NCBI GenBank assembly: GCA_050246315.1
Contig: JBFWWG010000004.1
Location: forward strand, 160,001-224,000
Length of the DNA stretch: 64,000 nt
Source: Nitrospiraceae bacterium
GTDB taxonomy: Bacteria; Nitrospirota; Nitrospiria; Nitrospirales; Nitrospiraceae
Direction of reading: 5' to 3'
The notes below the pieces were generated by a model, which was not told the origin of the DNA, did not search any database, and was given only the letters and a program-made list of their open reading frames with translations. This document shows, piece after piece, positions 59,368 to 64,000 of this stretch. The stretch's first letter is position 1; each line of letters opens with the position of its first letter. The translations under genes and the position numbers were made by a program.

Positions 59368-59802
59368 ATGCCGACGGTTCGCCCTCAGACCCGCTCTGCC
59401 CTCCGCTTCAGTCTGCCGGCTCTCGGCCTCTCTGCGCTGCTTTCAGGCTGCGCCTCGCTGGCCCATGGCGACCATCAATCCGTGACGCTGTACACCGATC
59501 CACCGGAAGCGGACGTGGTGATCGATGAGCGGATTCACCTGACCGCGCCAGGGAAGGTGTCGCTCAACCGGAAAGAGGATCACACGGCAAGGATCGAAAA
59601 GGCCGGCTACGAGCCGATGACGGTTCGGATCGAACGGGGCATGTCGAACTGGGTCTACCTCGACGGCATTTGCTTGATCTTCATCTACTGGTGCATCACA
59701 AGCGACCGGCAGGACGGCGGGTTCTGGACTTTCGATGACGAGGTCCATGTTCCGCTCGCCAACCGGCTCGCGGTTTCAGATCCCCCCCCTCCCCAGCAGT
59801 AA
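59368..59802 (+). CDS. PEGA-domain lipoprotein
   Basis: Lipobox LSGC; TDPPEADV.ID, IEKAGYEP. Confidence 0.75.
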   Translation: MPTVRPQTRSALRFSLPALGLSALLSGCASLAHGDHQSVTLYTDPPEADVVIDERIHLTAPGKVSLNRKEDHTARIEKAGYEPMTVRIERGMSNWVYLDGICLIFIYWCITSDRQDGGFWTFDDEVHVPLANRLAVSDPPPPQQ

Positions 59803-59930
59803 GCCCACCCCGCTCGTGCCCCCCTACACGTCCTGTCTCCAACCGCTCCGTCCGCCGCTCCTCCCCTCCGGCCGGAGGTCGCCGCCCATGTCGTTCAGAC
59901 GGCTGTGATCGGAAAGGAACTGGCCGGGAT

Positions 59931-60929
59931 CTATTGAAGGGGCACAAGCGGCTCGGGGAAACAGTGCAGCGGAAAGGCCGGTTCGCGGCCGATCCGTCGC
60001 AGGGTGCTGGCGATCCGCTGCGGCCGCCCCCAATCACTCCAGAGCACATCCTGCATCTCAACCGCCGCGAGATAGTCCGGGATTTGTTCCAGAAAATCCT
60101 TGGAAAAATCATACGACGGAAGGGTATCCGACAAGACCGAAGGCATCGCCGGCTCCGACGAGCCTCCGGCAGACACGCTCAGCCCTTCCAGCGTCTGGAC
60201 CAGTTCAGGCAGGATCTGCCGGCCCAGATCCCACAAAGTCTCCACTTGCGCGGCGATCACCAAGGTGCTCCAAAGCGCGCCCTCCGCCAATACCCGGTCG
60301 GCCTCCAGCGCAGTGGGCTGCTCGACGAAGGCGCGCACGAGTTTGACGGGTGACTCGGTGCGCAGGATCACCTGCGCACCGGTCTTGATCCATCCATAGT
60401 CCAGTTCGAGCGACTCCGGCGGCACGCCCAACAACACCAGCCGATGCGACAGCTCCTTGGCGATCCAGACGGCTTCCTCAAGGGCCAGCAGGAACCGGCT
60501 TTCAGGATAGACAAAATGGTCCGATGGAAGGATGACCACGGTACCGTTCGGATCGCGGCTCCGCACACTGGCCAGGGCCATAAAGATTCCGACGGCGGTG
60601 CCTCTTTTCGTCGGCTGGACCATCAGATGATCGATGGTTCGATCTCCGAGCTGATCGAGCGCTTCCTGGTGGTGTTCCCGATTCACCACCGCGATCACTC
60701 GCTCCTGCCGACTGACCCATATGGCCCGGTCGATGCTGTGTTGCCACAAGGACCTGGTGCCGAGAAACGTGCAGAAGGGCTTCGGCTTCTGATGTCCCAA
60801 CCATTTCGTAATCAGCGGGCGCACGGAATGGCTGTCACCGCCCCCCAGCACAATGGACCAAGGTCTCTCGGATCTCGCATCGTCCGTATGATGGTCGGGC
60901 ATACGATCACCTCCAGATCTGGTGAGCAT
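59931..60929 (-). CDS. Mannose-1-phosphate guanylyltransferase-like nucleotidyltransferase, motifs degenerate
   Basis: WSIVLGGG, KPKPFC, ILPSDH, YGWI, FVEQP, WSDWG; no cupin/PMI domain. Confidence 0.75.
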   Translation of the reverse strand: MLTRSGGDRMPDHHTDDARSERPWSIVLGGGDSHSVRPLITKWLGHQKPKPFCTFLGTRSLWQHSIDRAIWVSRQERVIAVVNREHHQEALDQLGDRTIDHLMVQPTKRGTAVGIFMALASVRSRDPNGTVVILPSDHFVYPESRFLLALEEAVWIAKELSHRLVLLGVPPESLELDYGWIKTGAQVILRTESPVKLVRAFVEQPTALEADRVLAEGALWSTLVIAAQVETLWDLGRQILPELVQTLEGLSVSAGGSSEPAMPSVLSDTLPSYDFSKDFLEQIPDYLAAVEMQDVLWSDWGRPQRIASTLRRIGREPAFPLHCFPEPLVPLQ

Positions 60930-61078
60930 GGGCGCGCCCCTGTCCCGGGTTCAGACGGAGAGCCAGTCGAAGGGGGCTGGGATCACCGACAGATTCCAGC
61001 CGGATCCCGCAGCACCTTCCCCTCGACCATCATTTCGGAGGAAAACTCCTATCGAAGCGCGTGAGGCGACTGCCCGAA

Positions 61079-61315
61079 TCAAGCCGCCGACGTGTATCGA
61101 GACAGGCGCTCCACCGGGTAGAGGGACACCAAGTACTGAGACAAACTCGGCCTCAGGAGGACCAGCTTTGATTCACGGATCATCCGATCGACAGTGCCGA
61201 AGATTTCGTTCCAACTGTAGGTCGGCAATCCGGCGATCAGATCTTCGAGTGAACGGGGATCTTGTCCCTCCAACAAGCCGACAAGCTCCTGCTCCAACTC
61301 TTCCAGACGAGTCAT
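61079..61315 (-). CDS. Small hypothetical protein (78 aa)
   Basis: GAGGGTGGGG RBS; amphipathic SLEDLIAGLPTYSWNEIFGTVDRMIRE pattern. Confidence 0.65.
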   Translation of the reverse strand: MTRLEELEQELVGLLEGQDPRSLEDLIAGLPTYSWNEIFGTVDRMIRESKLVLLRPSLSQYLVSLYPVERLSRYTSAA

Positions 61316-61531
61316 ACCCCACCCTCAGTGGACTCCGCGATGAAGCACGTCAGCACTGATCAAGATAAGGACAAAAACCAAGAGGTGACGGTTGTCATAT
61401 ATCGCGGGAAGCTCATCATGTCTATCCTGAAGCCATTGAAATTTTTGTCGAAGACAACCAAGGAACGAATGTCGTGGTTTGTCCGACAACGACGTCGGGT
61501 CGCGTGATCGTGAGGGCGCTCTTGGGGTTCT

Positions 61532-62017
61532 CGCAGGATGTTGAAGAATCCCGCCGGCTTTGTTGAGGCACCCAGTGCAGGCAGTTCATGATGCAAAGGG
61601 TCTCACGCGAAGAGGCTCAACCTTGAAGGGATTTCTTCAGCGGCCTATGAAAATCAGATGAAGGGAAACGCATAGGGTGCTTCTCCGCCGGCGCAGTGAC
61701 GAGAAGCCGATGAAGGGCCGGCGGTTCAAGCGAAGCTTGGTATGGAGGGACTTCGCCCGATGAGCCGCTGGCTCACACATCGTGCGGTAGGTACCGGCCT
61801 CGCCCCTTCGCTGGCTATGGCCCCAACCGTAGAAGGATGTGTCCCGGATGATCGATTGCGAAGCAATCAGAGAGAGGAGGGGTGAGACTCACTCACCGGG
61901 GTTTGGCGGGTGAAGGACGGCTCTTTTGAACATCCTGCGGGCCGTTCCGATCTCATCTGCAATCGTTTGCGGTTCTGTGCTTCTTGGGAGTCCAGAAAGC
62001 TTTTTCGACCGCCTGCT
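61532..62017 (+). mobile_element. MITE-like non-coding element, copy B
   Basis: CGCAGGATGTTGAA (61532) is inverted as TTGAACATCCTGCG (61926-61939); outer end TTTTTCGACCGCCTGCT; shares blocks with 38441-38551 and 28040-28120. Confidence 0.72.
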
Positions 62018-62040
62018 CGGCCCGAGGGCGATCGGCGGGA

Positions 62041-62673
62041 CTACTCGGCAACTTGATGCATCAGGGCGTAACGGGTGAGTTCCGCGTTGTTCTTCAATTG
62101 CATCTTGTTCAGGATGCGGGCCCGGTAGGTGCTGACCGTCGTGACGCTCAGATTCAGCGACTCGGCAATTTCCGAGACCGTCCTCCCGGACCCGATCTGG
62201 CGAAGCACCTCAAACTCACGGTCGGACAGCAGCTCATGGGGAGGCCGCCCCTCGCCGGCCTTCATCGTGAGTGCCAACCGCTCGGCCACTTGCGGACTGA
62301 CATATTGCCCGCCGCTTGCGACCTTCTTGATGGCTTGCACCAACTCCTGGGGCGCGCTGGCTTTGTTCAGGTAGCCGTCCGCCCCGGCCTTGTACATGCG
62401 GACGGCATACTGATCTTCCGGATGCATGCTGAGCACGATCACCGGCAGCGCGGGGCGGTCGTGTTTCACCTGCTTCAAAGCCTCGGTCCCCGTGGTCCCG
62501 GGCATGGAAATGTCCATGATCACCACGTCCCATGGCTTTTTCTGCACCAAGTCGGCCAATTCGCGGGCGTCCCCTGCTTCCCCGAATTTCACTGGTCCCA
62601 GCCCCTCCGCAAGCATTTCTTTGACACCCCGTCGAAACAGTGGAAAATCGTCCGCAATTAGAATTTTGTACAT
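62041..62673 (-). CDS. NarL/UvrY-family response regulator (REC plus LuxR HTH)
   Basis: IADD, MDISMP, LSMH, LSDREFEVL, TVSTYRARIL.K. Confidence 0.95.
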   Translation of the reverse strand: MYKILIADDFPLFRRGVKEMLAEGLGPVKFGEAGDARELADLVQKKPWDVVIMDISMPGTTGTEALKQVKHDRPALPVIVLSMHPEDQYAVRMYKAGADGYLNKASAPQELVQAIKKVASGGQYVSPQVAERLALTMKAGEGRPPHELLSDREFEVLRQIGSGRTVSEIAESLNLSVTTVSTYRARILNKMQLKNNAELTRYALMHQVAE

Positions 62674-62940
62674 GGGTTCCTCGTTTAGCCCGCATTATTC
62701 ATGAAGGTTCGTCACGAAACCGCCAAGACGCCACGCGTTGGACCCATTGCATGGGAAGAGCAATGAGTGCCCCCGCGTGGAGACGCAAGGCCCCGAAGCA
62801 CACGTGAAACGGTATGTTGAGGAGACGAGCGGCGAGCCCGCCCGCCATACCGCACTTCGTGTGAACCGGCAACTCATCGGACAAAGTCTCTCTTTATTGT
62901 CGCCGCCGGAGAAATCTCTTCGCCGCCCAGGCTTGTCGCA

Positions 62941-62982
62941 GCCGTTCGACCCCTTTCTCCGTATTGCAACGGGTCGAACGGC
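62941..62982. terminator. 12-bp stem hairpin downstream of the kinase gene
   Basis: GCCGTTCGACCC ... GGGTCGAACGGC; no clear U-tract. Confidence 0.4.
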
Positions 62983-63015
62983 GGTTTCAGTTGAATCGCC
63001 CATTAATATTTCAGG

Positions 63016-64000
63016 TTATTGTAGGGGCAGTCTGTGTCGGTCCGCGGTCCCCTGCCCCGGCTCGCTCGCAATCGTCACCATTCCTCGATACCCACGGGCC
63101 CGTTCCCGCATACCCTGGAGGCCGAACGATTTCGTATCGGAGAGGCGGCCTTTCGGGACCCCCACCCCGTTATCCCACACCTCCAGCAACAGATCGTTGC
63201 CTGCGGTCTCCAATCGTACCGTCGCTTCACTTGCCGCCGCATGACGTGCCACGTTGGTGAGCGCCTCCTGGCAAATGCGAAAGACCGCCGTCGCCTGCCC
63301 TCGCTCCAACTCAAGATCCTCAATCTCCGTCGCGAAAGCACACTCGATGCCGGTGCGCCGCGTGAAATCCCGGCATTGCCAGTCGATCGCCGCCACCAGT
63401 CCAAGATCGTCCAGGACGCCCGGTCGAAGTTCCGCCACGATCCGCTGGACCGCAGTGATAGTCGCATCGATCTGCTGCGTCATGGAGTGCACCTTGTCGG
63501 TCAACTTGGCGCGCTCGCGCGGTGCCAGCTCGCCCATCACCAGCGTACGGATACGAGAGAGATCCAGCTTCAGGCACGTGAGCCCCACCCCCAACTCGTC
63601 GTGCAGTTCCCGCGCGATCCGGGTGCGCTCATCCTCACGCACCGCCTCCAGTTTGTGGGACAGGGTCCGCACGCCTTCCAGAGCCTGCTGCAATTCCTGT
63701 TCGGCCCGCTTACGGCCTGTGATGTCGTGGATGATGCCGGTGAAGAATCGACCGCTGGGAATTGTCCAGGATGAGAGGGACAATTCCAACGGAAACTCCG
63801 TGCCGTCTTGCTTGGTCCCGATGAACTCGAACAGCGTGCCATGCCCGGCATCCGCCGGCGCCGCCCCCACGCCCAATACGATCCGCCAATAGAGCGGATG
63901 GTGGCGCTCGGCCAGAAGTTGCGTCATCGGCTGCCCGAGCAGAGAGGCAGCGGCATAGCCGAACAGCCGTTCCGCCCCCCGGTTGCAAAAGACGATGGCG
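63016..64000 (-). CDS. PAS sensor histidine kinase, NarX/UhpB (HisKA_3) type (5' end outside the window)
   Basis: The frame stays open to the window end (AIVFCNRGAERLFGY...); ERTRIARELHDELG, EALTNVARHA, DNGVG, GLQGMRER. Confidence 0.92.
   Translation of the reverse strand, partial: AIVFCNRGAERLFGYAAASLLGQPMTQLLAERHHPLYWRIVLGVGAAPADAGHGTLFEFIGTKQDGTEFPLELSLSSWTIPSGRFFTGIIHDITGRKRAEQELQQALEGVRTLSHKLEAVREDERTRIARELHDELGVGLTCLKLDLSRIRTLVMGELAPRERAKLTDKVHSMTQQIDATITAVQRIVAELRPGVLDDLGLVAAIDWQCRDFTRRTGIECAFATEIEDLELERGQATAVFRICQEALTNVARHAAASEATVRLETAGNDLLLEVWDNGVGVPKGRLSDTKSFGLQGMRERARGYRGMVTIASEPGQGTADRHRLPLQ

Noticed and set aside
62695..63003. Small ORFs between the kinase and the response regulator
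   Set aside because: Two overlapping candidates with weak RBSs and no recognisable features; the region also contains a hairpin and is more likely regulatory.

Overview
GC-rich bacterial chromosome segment, most likely Nitrospira-like (inferred from gene content, gene order and protein style; no database search was run). Bases 1-35400 hold a minus-strand flagellar supercluster: fleQ/flrA-like regulator, TPR protein, flrBC-like pair, flgBC, fliEFGHIJ, motE/ylxF-like gene, fliK, flgDE, fliLMNOPQR, flhBAFG, fliA and flgFGAHI. Five sigma54-type promoters and two classes of palindromic enhancer boxes can be read directly. The cluster has three oddities. FliH is fused to an intact NtrC-type receiver domain. 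A chemotaxis operon on the opposite strand has collapsed into a ~2 kb pseudogene scar (cheY-cheZ-mcp-cheD-cheB). FlhF and FlhG have both lost their mutual activation motifs. Next come a PAS hybrid kinase and a single-domain response regulator behind a sigma28-like promoter, a cytochrome c, and rodZ, pilF/pilW-like, pfkB, mtnP, miaA and mutL. Then a tol-pal operon with elongated parts and two cpoB paralogs, tRNA-Asp, tRNA-Val, xerD, lpoA-like, site-2 protease, trpS, a degenerate ManC-like gene and a NarL-type two-component pair. Four diverged copies of a MITE-like intergenic element and two heptamer-repeat hairpins are scattered through the window. The best candidate for an undescribed system is phosphorylation control of flagellar export/motor (REC-FliH plus the adjacent sigma28-linked kinase and CheY-like protein) in a lineage whose local classical chemotaxis genes have decayed.
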